The notes under the pieces were generated by a model. The model saw only the letters and a list, made by a program, of their open reading frames with translations. It was not told the origin of the DNA and did not search any database. The position numbers were made by a program, and so were the translations under genes. Shown here one piece after another: positions 26,623-39,456 of a stretch of 64,000 bases of DNA; position 1 is the first letter of the stretch; every line of letters begins with the position of its first letter. Origin of the DNA: Eledone cirrhosa (taxonomy: Eukaryota); NCBI GenBank assembly GCA_964016885.1, contig OZ024744.1:73966001-74030000 (forward strand). Reading direction: 5' to 3'.

Positions 26623-26655
26623 TTAATACTGCTGCTGCTGCTGCTGCTGCTGTAT
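25105..26655. repeat. Compound low-complexity block: (CTTT)n, (CT)n, (CTT)n, (CTA/CTG/CCA)n
   Basis: Direct inspection. Confidence 0.9.
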
Positions 26656-26864
26656 GTGTACGCCTGTCTGAATGTGAGGATGTATGTATAATATGTGTAT
26701 GTTTAAGTAAAAAGAAATTCAAACACAAACTGGGGCGCGAAAGTTGATGTGCTTATTTACGTGGCTGCATCAACAAATCAAATTTCACTCATATACGAAA
26801 AAAACAATCTGAGGACATCTCGTAGGACATCTCGTTTTTTTCATTTTCTAAAAAAAAACCTCAC

Positions 26865-26920
<56 letters not shown>

Positions 26921-26984
26921 ATATATATATATATATATATGTACACATGAATATATGTATATGTATGAATATTTCTAAATATTC

Positions 26985-27265
26985 TAAAATTCCCGAGATC
27001 GATGGACGAGTGCTCCCCAGCGGTCTCTGTCCCTCATTATCGCTGCCATGTCCTGCGTCTCCAACAGACCAGTGTCTGTCCTTAGGGCATCAGCATACGT
27101 TAACCTTGGTCTTCCTCTTCTAGTGTGTCCATGTAGGGGCTCCTAAAGGAGCACTGAGTGCAATGTCAACTCTGGATGTCGGTGAGCATGTCCAGCTAAC
27201 CTCAATCTCCTCTGTGTCACTTTTGAGCTGACTTTTGGGATGCTCCCATACAGCTCTGAGTTTTG
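26985..27265 (-). mobile_element. 3' fragment of the RTE family that is intact at 43049-46356
   Basis: Reverse complement aligns with 46070-46350. Confidence 0.85.
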
Positions 27266-27323
27266 TATGAATATATGCTATGAATATATCCTATGTATGA
27301 ATATATCCTATGTATATACATAT

Positions 27324-27378
<55 letters not shown>

Positions 27379-27640
27379 AGGAGGTTATAGTTCACTTATA
27401 GAACAGATACTCTATACCATTTCCTGTCAGCATGACTTGGCAAGCTATTTAGAACACTGGTTTAACCGCTTTACTTCCCTCCGAAGAAGAGATATTATCT
27501 CGAAAATTAAGGACATTTAAATAAATCTAAGGTAAAAGACTAATTGTCAACAATATCATTTGCATTTGCATTCTTTATTCTATGTCCATACCTGTATTGT
27601 TTTGGCTTTATTATACACATACAGACGTTTATATATATAT

Positions 27641-28369
27641 ATACTAGCTAAAATACCCGTCCTTTGGATGGTTCAAGTAGCTTTTGATGTAGCTCATTAA
27701 ACTAAACAAAGTAAATTTGAATACATAGAAGAAAAACGTACTTTATGTAAACATGAAAACCTTAGGAACTATTCCAGCGAAATAATTAATATGTGAGCTC
27801 GGTGTCATCCGTTATACCATGTAACAACAGAAATCCAATCTTGGTATACATTTTTTTGACAACAGTTAAAGCGCATCATGAAATAGAGAAGTGAAGTGAA
27901 TAATAGACACTATTATATACAAAGCATAATATTGTAAAAGTTATGACATCCCTTAATGTATGAACATCAAGCTTAAAACGATAAATTATACAATGTCAAA
28001 TCTATTACTTAACTTAGTAATCTGTTAGACATTGCTGTTTGTGAAATATACATAATATATTGTTAGTCTCAAGGAAGCGTACCTTTTGTTTCAAGTACAA
28101 AGTGTAAATTGAAATCCGAATGAGCCGAATTACGAAAGATAACTCGTGTCTTACTTATTCACGAAAATTGACACAAATAACCGAAACATTTTTAATGTCT
28201 CCAAAGGCCCCAATATCGATTTTTTGAAAGCCTTTGTAGATCATGTACAGGTTTTGTGCAAGGAGAAGCTCTGTAAAATATTTCAAAGAAATCGCATGAA
28301 TGGTTTAGAATATATGAGCCCTCATTAAATATTGTCTAAACACACATACGCACACATACATAAAACTTC

Positions 28370-28370
<1 letters not shown>
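27641..28370 (+). mobile_element. Possible non-autonomous Helitron-like repeat
   Basis: Starts tactagctaaaatacccg and ends with aaatatttcaaagaaatcg...gtttag...(CA/CATA) tract, resembling Lep1/HINE-type ends. Pattern recognition only. Confidence 0.3.
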
Positions 28371-28454
<84 letters not shown>

Positions 28455-28456
<2 letters not shown>

Positions 28457-29298
28457 CAGCGAGAATCGCAATTCGGCGTGTAGAAAAAGCGAAACGCAAC
28501 GCAAAATCAGAGTTATGCTGGCAAGCGTTCCATAGTTAAAAAAACCCAGAGCTAACCATATGTGTTAAAACGCCATACAAACTGAAAAAGTGGTCAAGAA
28601 GGCATTAACCGCCCATGCCAAAGAACAAGTCAAGCTAAACAGGTCAAACAAATAAATGATAAAATCATTTATATATATATACATATACACATATATATCC
28701 GACCTGGACCCATTGGAATTGGTGGTAAAATCCAAATGCAGGGTTTCTATGACACCTAAATCAATAATACTGTCTGCTTAAAAATATAAGCTTTTGGTAT
28801 AATGATCGAACAAGGAATATCACGTTATTAACAGGTATTCTGCTCCGTGCCAACTTTGTGAATAACGCAGGTCTTTGTAAAAGCACATGCGTAACACAGA
28901 AGGGGAAAAAAAAAAAAATGTTTGGCAAATGAATTCAGTATGTGTAAATCATGCAAAAAATTGCATAAATAGCACAAATCGAATAAGCACTCAACCGGTT
29001 AGTTTTAAAAATAAACTTATGCAATTAATCTGTCAATAGAATTATTAACAGGTTAATTGTAAGACTCGGGAGATTAATACAAATATAAATTCAGCGAGAA
29101 TCGCATTTCGGCGGGTAGAAAAGCGAAACAAAACGCAAAATCAGAGTTATGCTGGCAAGCGCTCCATATTTAAAAAAAAACAGAGCTAAACATATATGTT
29201 ATAACGCCATACAAACTGAAAAAGTGGTCAAGAAAACATTAACCACCTAAGCCAAAAAACAAGTCAAGCTAAACAGGTCAAACAAAATAAATGATAAA

Positions 29299-29365
<67 letters not shown>

Positions 29366-29394
29366 ATAATAATGAAATTTAATCTGTTATTTTA

Positions 29395-29443
<49 letters not shown>

Positions 29444-29475
29444 CACATATATAACCGACCTCGACCCATTGGAAT
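28455..29475. repeat. ~230-bp diverged direct repeats (28455-28720 and 29090-29475)
   Basis: ttcagcgagaatcgca...aaatgataaaatca occurs twice, each followed by (TA)n and ccgacct.gacccattggaatt. Confidence 0.8.
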
Positions 29476-30760
29476 TATATATGCTTGGGGCTGCTCAGTA
29501 GCTGTGTTAAAGTTACAATGTTAAGTTCCTTTCTTGGCTTAAAAACTGTACATTCTACAGTGTAGACTTTTATTTGGTACCTTTGATTAATATTCCCTCA
29601 ACCAACAGTATGCCTTATGAAGTTAAGAAAACATAACCATAACTCGAATGTTAAAACAAAAGAGGATGCTGGGGATAAAAACTGCACTGGTAATCTATTA
29701 ACAAAAATCGAAAATGGAAACACTGCAACACTTGTCTCAGAGAAAAACATCAGCGTAACCAAACTATCAGTTATTTTGAAACAAAGAAATTGGATGGACA
29801 TGAAAAACAAACAAAAAAATGCAATTTTATCGCCTATCACCTTTCTGCACGACTGTCTGTTTGCACAATTTTATCGCCTATATCACCTCTCTGTACAACT
29901 GTCTGTCTGCATGCCTCCATCGTCTATCAGCCCGACTGTCTGTCTGCACAACTTCATCGCCTATATCACCTCTCTGTACGACTGTCTGTAGCTGTGTTAA
30001 AGTTACAATGTTAACTTCCTTTCACGTTCATCTGTAGAACACACGTAGCCCATGTGTCAAGTTTTGTGAAAATTGGTTGCGAACTCCAGAAGTTATGACG
30101 TTTTGTTGCATTCCACTGCAGTGCTTCAGTCGACTCCAAGGAAGGGGTTATCTGCCGGGAGGCCCTATAATCAATACCTGGAAAAATGAAAGTGCCCATG
30201 ATCATCCGGAGTACATAAGTAACCTATGTCTTAAGTTTGGTGAAACTACTGTAGAAATGCATAGGGTTTACACACACACGCGCCCGCGCGCAAGTGTGTG
30301 TGTGTGTTTGTGTGTGTGTTTGTGTATGTGTATGTATTTGTGTGTGTGTATGTATATGTATGTGTATGTCCGTCGGCGCATACGTATGTACTCGCCTAAA
30401 TCTTCACTATTTACTTTCACTATTTTAAGGCAAAGTTAAAATCCCGTCTAGGTTAACTTTGCCTTTCATTCTTACGGGGTTGATAAAATAAAGTACCAGC
30501 AATGTATTGGTGACTTTTGCTGGCCTTGTGCCAAAAGTAGAAACATCTATTTTAATATCCTGTGTCATTTTCGTTTACAATTTTATTTACATCATTCTTA
30601 AACTCCGGGGCTGGAAATCATTCGGTTATCTAAAATAGAATATTAGTCTAACGACTCCATTTATACAATAAACTTGGTCTCGTCTTTGCAATGGCTATCA
30701 TCGAAATATATATAGCAGTAAACAAAGGATTATGAGTTCATGCAATTGACCTATGTTTCG

Positions 30761-31365
<605 letters not shown>

Positions 31366-31405
31366 TATATATATATATATATATATATAGTATTAATATA
31401 GATGA

Positions 31406-31454
31406 GATTCTACAGGACCAGAACTGTTTCATTCTTTAGAAATCATCAGGAATC
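31406..31454 (-). ncRNA. Type I hammerhead (family E)
   Basis: Perfect core with stem I gauuc/gaauc and stem III ACAG/CUGU. Confidence 0.75.
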
Positions 31455-31455
31455 A

Positions 31456-31506
31456 GGATCCCTGATGATTTCTAAAGAATGAAACAGTTCTAGTCCTGTA
31501 GAATCT
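31456..31506 (+). ncRNA. Type I hammerhead (family E), inverted partner
   Basis: CUGAUGA uuucuaaagaau GAAACAG uucuaguc CUGUA gaaucu. Stem I has one mismatch. Confidence 0.7.
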
Positions 31507-31896
31507 CATCTATATTAATACTTTTATACTCTGCAATGTATTGAGTACCTCACTTACTGTGGTTACCTCCGATTCAACCCGGAATAACGTATATATATAT
31601 ATATATATATATAAGTGTATATATATATATGTATGTATCTATCTATCTATCAATCTATCTATCTATCTCTCTCTCTATCAGTCGTGTGTCACTTCGCGGA
31701 GAAGTTTCCGTTAATTTATGTAAGGAAAAAACGTAAGTTTTTAGTTCAATTTTATATCATTGTGTAACTTGACCACCCGTCTGGACCTTCAGGTGGTGGG
31801 TCAACTCATTTTCGCCCCTTCAGGGGCGGAATATCCATTTAAAAAATTTTTCTCCATCGAATCTTGGAAAAAATATTGTAAAATTTTGATTACGTT

Positions 31897-33813
31897 ATGA
31901 ACGCTGCGTCCAACGATAATGGTGGTGGAGAGGCGGTAAGACTACAAAGCTCGCAGTCAACAACGTCTTCTTCACTAGATACTATAGAGATGGAAAGACA
32001 AAATGAAAATAAAAAAACGAATTCACATCCAAACAACACAAATGACACCAAACAGCTCAATGACAACAAAAATAACAGCAAAACCAATAATGATGATAAA
32101 AGCAACAATGATAACAACAACAAAGAAAAAAATAAAGACAACGCCAATAACACCAGCATCAAAGACAACAACAACACCAAGGAAAATACGGATGATACCA
32201 ACATCGGTGACAACAAGAATAACAACAAGAATAACAACAATAATGACAACACCACCAATACGGATTCCACAAAGAAACCAAAAATCTCCTTTGCGGAGAA
32301 AGTTCAAAAGAAAGAACAATTGATATATCTCGACATAACAAATGCTGAACACCTTTTAAAGGACGCTAAGAGATATGTCACCTTCGAAAAAAATGGTGCT
32401 TTCAGCATCAATTCTCCGGTAGAAATTCGCAAGGAAACTGCTCTCAAAACGATAGTTTTTAGGACAGTTTCCAATTCTACCCGAAAACCAGTCCAATTGT
32501 CACAGAAAGATATTGAACTGGTTTTCAAAGATTCAATGAATGATATTGCATTCATTCAAAGAAGCAAACTTTTTGGGAGTATTTCGGTACTGATGAAGGA
32601 TCAATTGACGGCCCAAAATTACTCTGTGTCGCCAATTGTATCCAACCTGTACACCTTTTTCCCTACATACATGGGAAAAAGGACACAAAAGATCAGAATC
32701 ACAAGTGTCACACCAAAGGTGAACATATGGTGGATACTGTGCGGCTTCATCAATTTTGATGAAGACAGAATACTGTCAGTAGGCAAGTCCCCCAGAGATG
32801 TATTCAATGGGACTAGCATTGAAGTTCTGGTGCAAATGAGCCCAGAGCGAATAGCTATGATCCCACAGCGTGTACTCCTGGACGGACTTACCTACATAAA
32901 CCTTTCGGTTGAGGGTAGGCGGCCTTCATGTTACCATTGCTTTAGCAGGGGTCACCTGAGGGCTTCCTGTCCTAAACTAATGAACCAAAAAAAGGCTCTT
33001 CTGCCAACACCCATCAAAACAACACAACCACCAACACCACCACTACAACAACAACACCAACACACAAAAATAACCACAACAAACACAGTCCCACCCAACC
33101 TCACTCCACCTAAAACCACTGCAAAATCACATACAGACACAACAGCTCCCCAAGACATACCCCTCCCCAATCACACAGACGATACAACAGATGAGGCTAT
33201 CTCGCCATCACCCAGTGAAGACGAGGGAGAACCCCATCGCTCGAAAAGAAAGAAAAGACATCACAAAAGCAAAAAACCAGCAAACACTACCACAAACATA
33301 CAACCACCAACACAAACAACAAAAATATCACAAACAAAACCCCCACCTCCTGAAAACAAAATACCTACAACAAAACGAAAGCACACACAAGAACTACAGA
33401 CAAAAACAAACACAACACAAGAAAATTACACTTACACTTACATAAACACTGAAAACAAAACACTAATGGAGACCATTACGAACGACCCTTCGGTTTTCAC
33501 CGAAGGGAAAACTTTCGCCCACTCTATAAAAAATAGCAAAAAAATGAACCTAAAACTGATTAGGGTCCCTATACAAACTTATAGGTCCCTAAAAGAAACA
33601 TTTGAGAAGGATGTGGGGAATTCCTGCGTGAAACCACTCAACCGCGTCCTTCTCAAATGCCTCCCCACCCCAGACACCCCCATTCCACCAGACCCCACCC
33701 CACCAAACATCTGCGTCCCCACCCCGCCGGAAACCACCACCCATCCAGACAACCCCTCCAACACCCCCATGGAAATCGTGCGGCCTGGTTCCCAGGAGGC
33801 GAAGGGTGAGTGA
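31897..33813 (+). CDS. LINE ORF1 (gag-like, CCHC zinc knuckle)
   Basis: 638-aa open frame with CYHCFSRGHLRASC knuckle and N/D- and P/T-rich disordered ends. Confidence 0.85.
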   Translation: MNAASNDNGGGEAVRLQSSQSTTSSSLDTIEMERQNENKKTNSHPNNTNDTKQLNDNKNNSKTNNDDKSNNDNNNKEKNKDNANNTSIKDNNNTKENTDDTNIGDNKNNNKNNNNNDNTTNTDSTKKPKISFAEKVQKKEQLIYLDITNAEHLLKDAKRYVTFEKNGAFSINSPVEIRKETALKTIVFRTVSNSTRKPVQLSQKDIELVFKDSMNDIAFIQRSKLFGSISVLMKDQLTAQNYSVSPIVSNLYTFFPTYMGKRTQKIRITSVTPKVNIWWILCGFINFDEDRILSVGKSPRDVFNGTSIEVLVQMSPERIAMIPQRVLLDGLTYINLSVEGRRPSCYHCFSRGHLRASCPKLMNQKKALLPTPIKTTQPPTPPLQQQHQHTKITTTNTVPPNLTPPKTTAKSHTDTTAPQDIPLPNHTDDTTDEAISPSPSEDEGEPHRSKRKKRHHKSKKPANTTTNIQPPTQTTKISQTKPPPPENKIPTTKRKHTQELQTKTNTTQENYTYTYINTENKTLMETITNDPSVFTEGKTFAHSIKNSKKMNLKLIRVPIQTYRSLKETFEKDVGNSCVKPLNRVLLKCLPTPDTPIPPDPTPPNICVPTPPETTTHPDNPSNTPMEIVRPGSQEAKGE

Positions 33814-33846
33814 TCTCTTTTCCTCTTTTAACTTTTCAGCACCAAC

Positions 33847-36800
33847 ATGGCCAATATAAGAGTTGGATGTGTGAACGTACGCGGCCTGGGGATGCCCTGG
33901 AAACAGGGCAAACTCTTAAACGACCTCAGGTCGCACAGTTTGGATGTGGTAGCCATTTGCGAGTCCAGGATCCACGGCGAGCGACAGCTGGCCCCCATCT
34001 TCGATGACTTTGAGATCTACGCATCTCTCTGTCAACCGGGGGGTGGGGGCGGAGTTGCCGTTTTGCTGCGGAAACACCTGGGCCTCGTAACACAGACGGT
34101 ACATCTGGACCCGGAGGGTCGACTGGTGGTCCTAGACGTTGACGGTAGTGAAGGTGGAGCGTTCAGGCTGGTGGCCGCATATGCCCCATCCGGGACACCG
34201 CGGCCAGACTTCTTCAAACGTCTAGAGACTTTTCTGGGAACGTCCCGCTCCTTGCTTTTAGTGGGGGACTGGAATGGAATCCTAGATGCACGTTGGGACT
34301 ATGTGGGAGCATGTCCCGATAAAGGGGGGTGTAACAGCCTCAAACAGTTAATCGACCGATTTGACCTGGCCGATAGATATCGACTAGATTTTCCGACTGC
34401 GCCACTGTGGACGTGGAGTAATCGTAGCGGAACATCTAGATCGTACCTAGATAGGGTTCTAGTTAGAAATAAGGATAGGGACATGTTAAGCTGTCCACAA
34501 ATGTTCATGGTTGCCTATTCAGATCACAAACTAGTGACCTGCATGGCCAACCTTGATAGAACCCATAGACAAGGACCCGGCTACTGGAAGCTGAACTTGT
34601 CGTTACCGACAAGCAAAGCCTACAGTAGACGGATTAGCACTTTAGTTAAACAGCACTTGACAGGGGCCATTGTCAACAACAGATGGTGGTACTCTCTCAA
34701 GAGGGCAGTTAGATTAGACTCGATAGTTTTTAGTAAAGAATTAGCGTTAGATAGAAATAGAACCGAGAAGGAACTGGTAGATAAAGTAGAAGAGGCTATT
34801 AGAAGTGGCAACGTAGCCAGCGTGCTAGCAACGAGAACGGCCTTGGACCAGTTCTTCGACGCAAAGCACGAGGGCTGCGTTGTCAGAAGCAAAATACGTG
34901 CTCTGGGAAACGAGGGAGCCAAAGCTGTTAGCTGGGCCCGAGTGACGGAGGCAAAAAGTGGCAACAAGTCCACGATTCGGTCTTTGAAGGACCAAAACGG
35001 ACGCGTGATACGTGAGCCGAAGCAGATGTGTGCGGCTTTTCAGCGGCACTTTGCTCGGCTGTTCGGGGGGAGCGGCGCGCCGGGAGAGGCTATGGATTTC
35101 GGTCCATACCTCGACGGCCTACCGCGACTCTCGGACAGCGAGGCGAAGTTCTGCGAAAAGCCGATTTCAGCCACTGAGATAGGGGACGCGCTGAGCCAAT
35201 GCGGCAAACGCAAATCTCCAGGTCTCGACGGTCTACCCTACGAATTTTACGTAGCAATGCCGGACTTATTCTCCGGTCTCCTGGAAGCGGTCTACTGCAA
35301 CTGGCAACAGAACGGGAGAATTCCCAATTCTGTAACCGGGGGCGTGGTCACACTAATCAGGAAGGACGAGAATAAGGGGGATGACATAGGCAACTTCCGG
35401 CCCATAACTCTGCTAAACACAGAGTTACAGATTTTGGCCAAGGTGTTGGCAAAGAGGCTGGCGCTTGTCGTCGAGAACCTGGTGGGAGAAGCGCAGACAT
35501 GCGCGATCCCGACCAGGTCCATACACGACAACCTCCACCTCATGCGATACATCATAGAGAGGGTAGGGTGTAAACCCGGCTTCGGTGGGGCCCTGATCAA
35601 CTTGGATCAGTCTAAGGCTTTCGATAGGGTTGACCATCGTTACCTGGATGCGGTGCTCGAGGCGGCAGGCTTCGGACCCGTGTTCAGGGGCTGGATTGCT
35701 GCAATGCACAACAGCAACATCTGCTCAAGGGTCAAGGTGAACGGTTACCTCTCGGAGCCGTTCCATATTACGCGATCCATTCGACAGGGATGCCCTCTCT
35801 CCTCCCTTCTGTACGTACTGACTCTCGAGCCACTACTGCGGAAGCTGGAGCTATTGCAGGGCATCCCTCTGGAACCGGGACTGCGGAAAGCGGCGTCGGC
35901 CTACGCCGACGACGTGACAGTAATGGTGTCGAGCGCCTCGCAAATCGAGGAAGTCGGCACCTTACTAAAGGAATACGAAAGTCTCACAGGAGCGAAGCTG
36001 AACCGGGACAAGTCCATCGGTTTGCAACTCGGATCGTGGAGAGGCAGACCGATGCCTTCCGATGGCGTCGTCGGACGCTGGACGGAAGGACCGGTAAAGC
36101 TGCTCGGGGTCTGGTTTGGTCCGGACCTCCAGGTGGAGAAGAACTGGAACGAAGTGACGGCCAAGGTGTTTGCACTCACCCAGAAGTGGGCCGAGTGCAA
36201 ACTATCCTTGAAAGGTCGAGCGGAGGTGGCGAACACTTTTATAGCGTCCGCCATCTACTACCGCTTGACCGTCGTGCCTTGTCCAGCCAAAACGCTCGCC
36301 AAAATGGAGCGCGCCCTCTTCCGATTCCTTTGGAAGAGGCGGGCTCCTTTGGTAAGAAGATCCATCTGCTGCCAACACCCTTCTAACGGAGGGCTGGGGA
36401 TGCCGTGGTTGACGATGCGCAAACACGCGCTCAGGCTGCGGCATCTCTACGTATTCCTCACCGGACAACCGGTGTGGGCCCCGTTCGTGAGGCGAGCCTT
36501 CCCACGACTCGTCTCGCTGACCGAGCTGCAGTCCTGGGTCAAGCAGAGACCGAGGAAAATGGGCGACTGGCACATCGAATGTGCTCAGGCGCTCACAGCC
36601 CTCTGGCAGGCGGACCCGGCGATCAGTGGAGACTCCACTTCGTCATTCTATAGAGGGTTGGTCCGCAGCAAGTGCGACGACGCGCTCGGTGAAACTCTAG
36701 GCGTGGAGGAAGATGAACTGGCCAGTCTGTTCGGTAGGACCTTCCGCCCGGGACCGATGGACAACTTCCAAAAGTCCCTGGCCTGGCAGTGCTACCGAGG

Positions 36801-37284
36801 AGCTCTACCAGTTCGAGACAAGCTCTACAGACATGGGCGCCCGGGCAGGGACCCTGCAAAAAAGATCTGTCCGAGGTGCGTGCGAGACGAAGAAACCGTC
36901 GCGCACGCATTCATACACTGCCCGGGCGTCACTGACCTGTGGGGCTATGTGGAACGACTATTGTCGCGGGTGGGACCAATCCAGTTGACCACCGAGTCCA
37001 TTGTCATGATCAAACCGCCACCCTCCTTCAAAAACGAAGGAGAGGCGGTTTTCCTTTGTGTGATAGCTATGGCGAAAGAGGTTGTATGGTGGACAAGGTT
37101 GAAAGGGCTGAGGTCAGACACCTTTCTCTCCGGCCAACAACTGATTCTTTTTTTCAAATACCACTTTGGAAGAAGAATCAGGATGGAGAGAGAGGTGCTG
37201 TACCCCAGCAAGTTTTATGAAAGGTGGGTGAAAGTGGCGAGAATGGCCCGAGTGAATGGGCCTTCTCTCTATATCAGCCTGTAG
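33847..37284 (+). CDS. LINE ORF2: APE endonuclease, reverse transcriptase, C-terminal zinc-binding domain
   Basis: NVRGL, GDWN, YLDRV, SDH (APE); KSPGLDG, FRPITLLN, DQSKAFDRV, RQGCPLS, YADD (RT); CPRC...ETVAHAFIHC. Confidence 0.95.
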   Translation: MANIRVGCVNVRGLGMPWKQGKLLNDLRSHSLDVVAICESRIHGERQLAPIFDDFEIYASLCQPGGGGGVAVLLRKHLGLVTQTVHLDPEGRLVVLDVDGSEGGAFRLVAAYAPSGTPRPDFFKRLETFLGTSRSLLLVGDWNGILDARWDYVGACPDKGGCNSLKQLIDRFDLADRYRLDFPTAPLWTWSNRSGTSRSYLDRVLVRNKDRDMLSCPQMFMVAYSDHKLVTCMANLDRTHRQGPGYWKLNLSLPTSKAYSRRISTLVKQHLTGAIVNNRWWYSLKRAVRLDSIVFSKELALDRNRTEKELVDKVEEAIRSGNVASVLATRTALDQFFDAKHEGCVVRSKIRALGNEGAKAVSWARVTEAKSGNKSTIRSLKDQNGRVIREPKQMCAAFQRHFARLFGGSGAPGEAMDFGPYLDGLPRLSDSEAKFCEKPISATEIGDALSQCGKRKSPGLDGLPYEFYVAMPDLFSGLLEAVYCNWQQNGRIPNSVTGGVVTLIRKDENKGDDIGNFRPITLLNTELQILAKVLAKRLALVVENLVGEAQTCAIPTRSIHDNLHLMRYIIERVGCKPGFGGALINLDQSKAFDRVDHRYLDAVLEAAGFGPVFRGWIAAMHNSNICSRVKVNGYLSEPFHITRSIRQGCPLSSLLYVLTLEPLLRKLELLQGIPLEPGLRKAASAYADDVTVMVSSASQIEEVGTLLKEYESLTGAKLNRDKSIGLQLGSWRGRPMPSDGVVGRWTEGPVKLLGVWFGPDLQVEKNWNEVTAKVFALTQKWAECKLSLKGRAEVANTFIASAIYYRLTVVPCPAKTLAKMERALFRFLWKRRAPLVRRSICCQHPSNGGLGMPWLTMRKHALRLRHLYVFLTGQPVWAPFVRRAFPRLVSLTELQSWVKQRPRKMGDWHIECAQALTALWQADPAISGDSTSSFYRGLVRSKCDDALGETLGVEEDELASLFGRTFRPGPMDNFQKSLAWQCYRGALPVRDKLYRHGRPGRDPAKKICPRCVRDEETVAHAFIHCPGVTDLWGYVERLLSRVGPIQLTTESIVMIKPPPSFKNEGEAVFLCVIAMAKEVVWWTRLKGLRSDTFLSGQQLILFFKYHFGRRIRMEREVLYPSKFYERWVKVARMARVNGPSLYISL

Positions 37285-37533
37285 GTTGAGGAAAAGGAGG
37301 AGGAGAGGAAAGGAGTACAAGCTCTTCGTACTCCTGGAGATGAGGGTTGCACATTTTTTTCGGGGGTCTGTGTTACCCATATAAACTGTCTCCCTCTATT
37401 GGGGAAAATCGACTAACTTTTAAATTCCATCTGTGATAACATTTTACACGTTTTTATTGTATGTAAACTTCCCCCTTTGTATTTGTCCCCTTCTTTTGTG
37501 CCCCTGTGGCTAATAAAGAAATAAAAGAAATAA

Positions 37534-37733
<200 letters not shown>

Positions 37734-37833
37734 ATAATAATAAATTTGAAGACTAAAATCCAAAGAGGGCTCGATAAGGATAAATATATATCAAATATAT
37801 AAGAACCGTAGAGCAAATATTTATTAAAATAAC

Positions 37834-37905
37834 AGATTAAAGTCTAAGCAAAGAATCGATGCTTTCACCCTTAACGGGATCTTCTGAAACTAACAAAGTC
37901 AATCT
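37834..37905 (-). ncRNA. Type I hammerhead, variant core CAGAAGA (family H)
   Basis: Inverted copy of 40469-40540. A stem I change (aaacu to agacu) keeps a GU pair. Confidence 0.6.
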
Positions 37906-38136
37906 GTAAACGCAGAAGTGGATATTTCAAAAAACGTTGCAACCGGAGGAATACAGGAAGACGATACTTTGGTTCGTGGAAACGTTCGCTGGCAAAGAAC
38001 GGGAAAAAACGAATATAATACGTCATTAATAGGAGCGGTGAAAAACAATTACGCGCAAAGACAGAATCACGTTTATGGTATACAATAAGTCGTAGAACAT
38101 TTTCTCTTAGGTGGTTCATAGAGACGTTCTCTGGCA

Positions 38137-39456
38137 ATGAACGAAAAAAACCAAGATAATACGTCATATTGGAGCGTGGAGAACAATAGCACGCAAAGAC
38201 AAAACCACGTAAATGGTATAGCAGAAGTCGTAGAAACACTCACAGTGGTTAAGGATTTCGAAGTTGATGTCATCCTCAATACCCGAAAGTCGGTGATTAA
38301 TTTCGACGACTCTATTTGGATTAAAAAATCCAATAGTACCCCATTCGACGTGAGTAAGGGCGGCAGTAATTCTGCGGAGGTTACTGATCTTATCGGCCTT
38401 GTCCTTCTTTTCTCTATCAAGGACGAATTCCCCAACGCGGGCGGTGGTTTGTACCGTGACGATGGTCTTTTGACCATGACTAAGTGCGGACCTCGTGCTT
38501 GCGACAGGTTCAGAAATGAACTCACAGCTTTCTTTAAAGGCTTCAACCTCTCTATACAGGTTGAGGCCAATCTCTCGGTCGTTAATTACCTCGACGTTAC
38601 TCTCAATTTATTGAATGGGTTGTATTACCCGTATAGAAAGCCGAATGATACGCTTAATTACATAAGTAAGCATTCCAACCATCCTGCCAGCATAACCAAG
38701 AACCTGGTAAGAAACGTTTCGTTGAGGCTTTCCCGTCTTTCCACCAACAAGCGTATTTTCAACGACCATTCCACTTATTCCAATGAAGCTCTTGCTCGAA
38801 GTGGTTTTGTCGATAAGGTAGCATATACAGAGTACGAAAATAGACCTAGAAGAAGTAGATCCCGTCGCATTTGTTGGTATAACCCACCATATAATATGGA
38901 GGTGGCCACACCATTAGCTAAGTTCTTTCTTTCCCTTATTACGAAGCATTTTCCCTCTACACATAAATATAGTAAATTTTTTAATAGAAATACTATTAGA
39001 ATGTCTTACTCTACGACTTCTAACATTGCACATAACATCACAGCTTCAAATTTAGCTAAGCTACCTAGCCGTAGGAACACGTGCAACCTTGTAGTTAGTA
39101 CTAACTGTAATTGTAGGAATCGGGTTGATTGCCCCCTATCCGGGAAATGCCTCTCTAGTAACATTGTCTACAAATGTAAGGTTGAAACACCCACGTCCCG
39201 TAGGGCCTACATAGGGTTAACCGCCAATAGATTCAAGCAGCGTCTTTACATGCATACCCATTCTTTTCGTTACACTCTAAGAAGGAATATGACGTCACTT
39301 TCAGCTTATATCTGGAGTCTAAAAGACAACCACACCCAATATAAGTTACAGTGGGAGATCCTAGCTTGGACTAGATCGTATAACGGAAATAAAAGACCAT
39401 GTGACCTCTGCGCTGCTGAGGCCCTGGAAATACTTACGCCACAGACTACAACTTAA
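38137..39456 (+). pseudogene. Penelope RT (C-terminal part) plus GIY-YIG endonuclease
   Basis: GGLYRDDGL, NYLDVTL, PYRKPN, WYNPPY, CNC...CPL.GKC, IVYKC...AYIGLT..RFKQR...H and CDLC. The first ~33 aa derive from the inverted pLTR. Confidence 0.9.

Larger units (their letters stand above)
31679..37533 (+). mobile_element. Full-length Tx1/L1-clade LINE inserted in (CTAT)n
   Basis: 5'UTR, ORF1, ORF2 and 3'UTR with aataaa repeats. (CTAT)n lies on both flanks. Confidence 0.9.

Noticed and set aside
25836-26747. Poly-S, poly-L, poly-R and poly-T ORFs
   Set aside because: Trinucleotide microsatellite read-through.
33806-33839. Intron fusing ORF1 to ORF2
   Set aside because: Only 34 nt, and the splice product is out of frame with ORF2.
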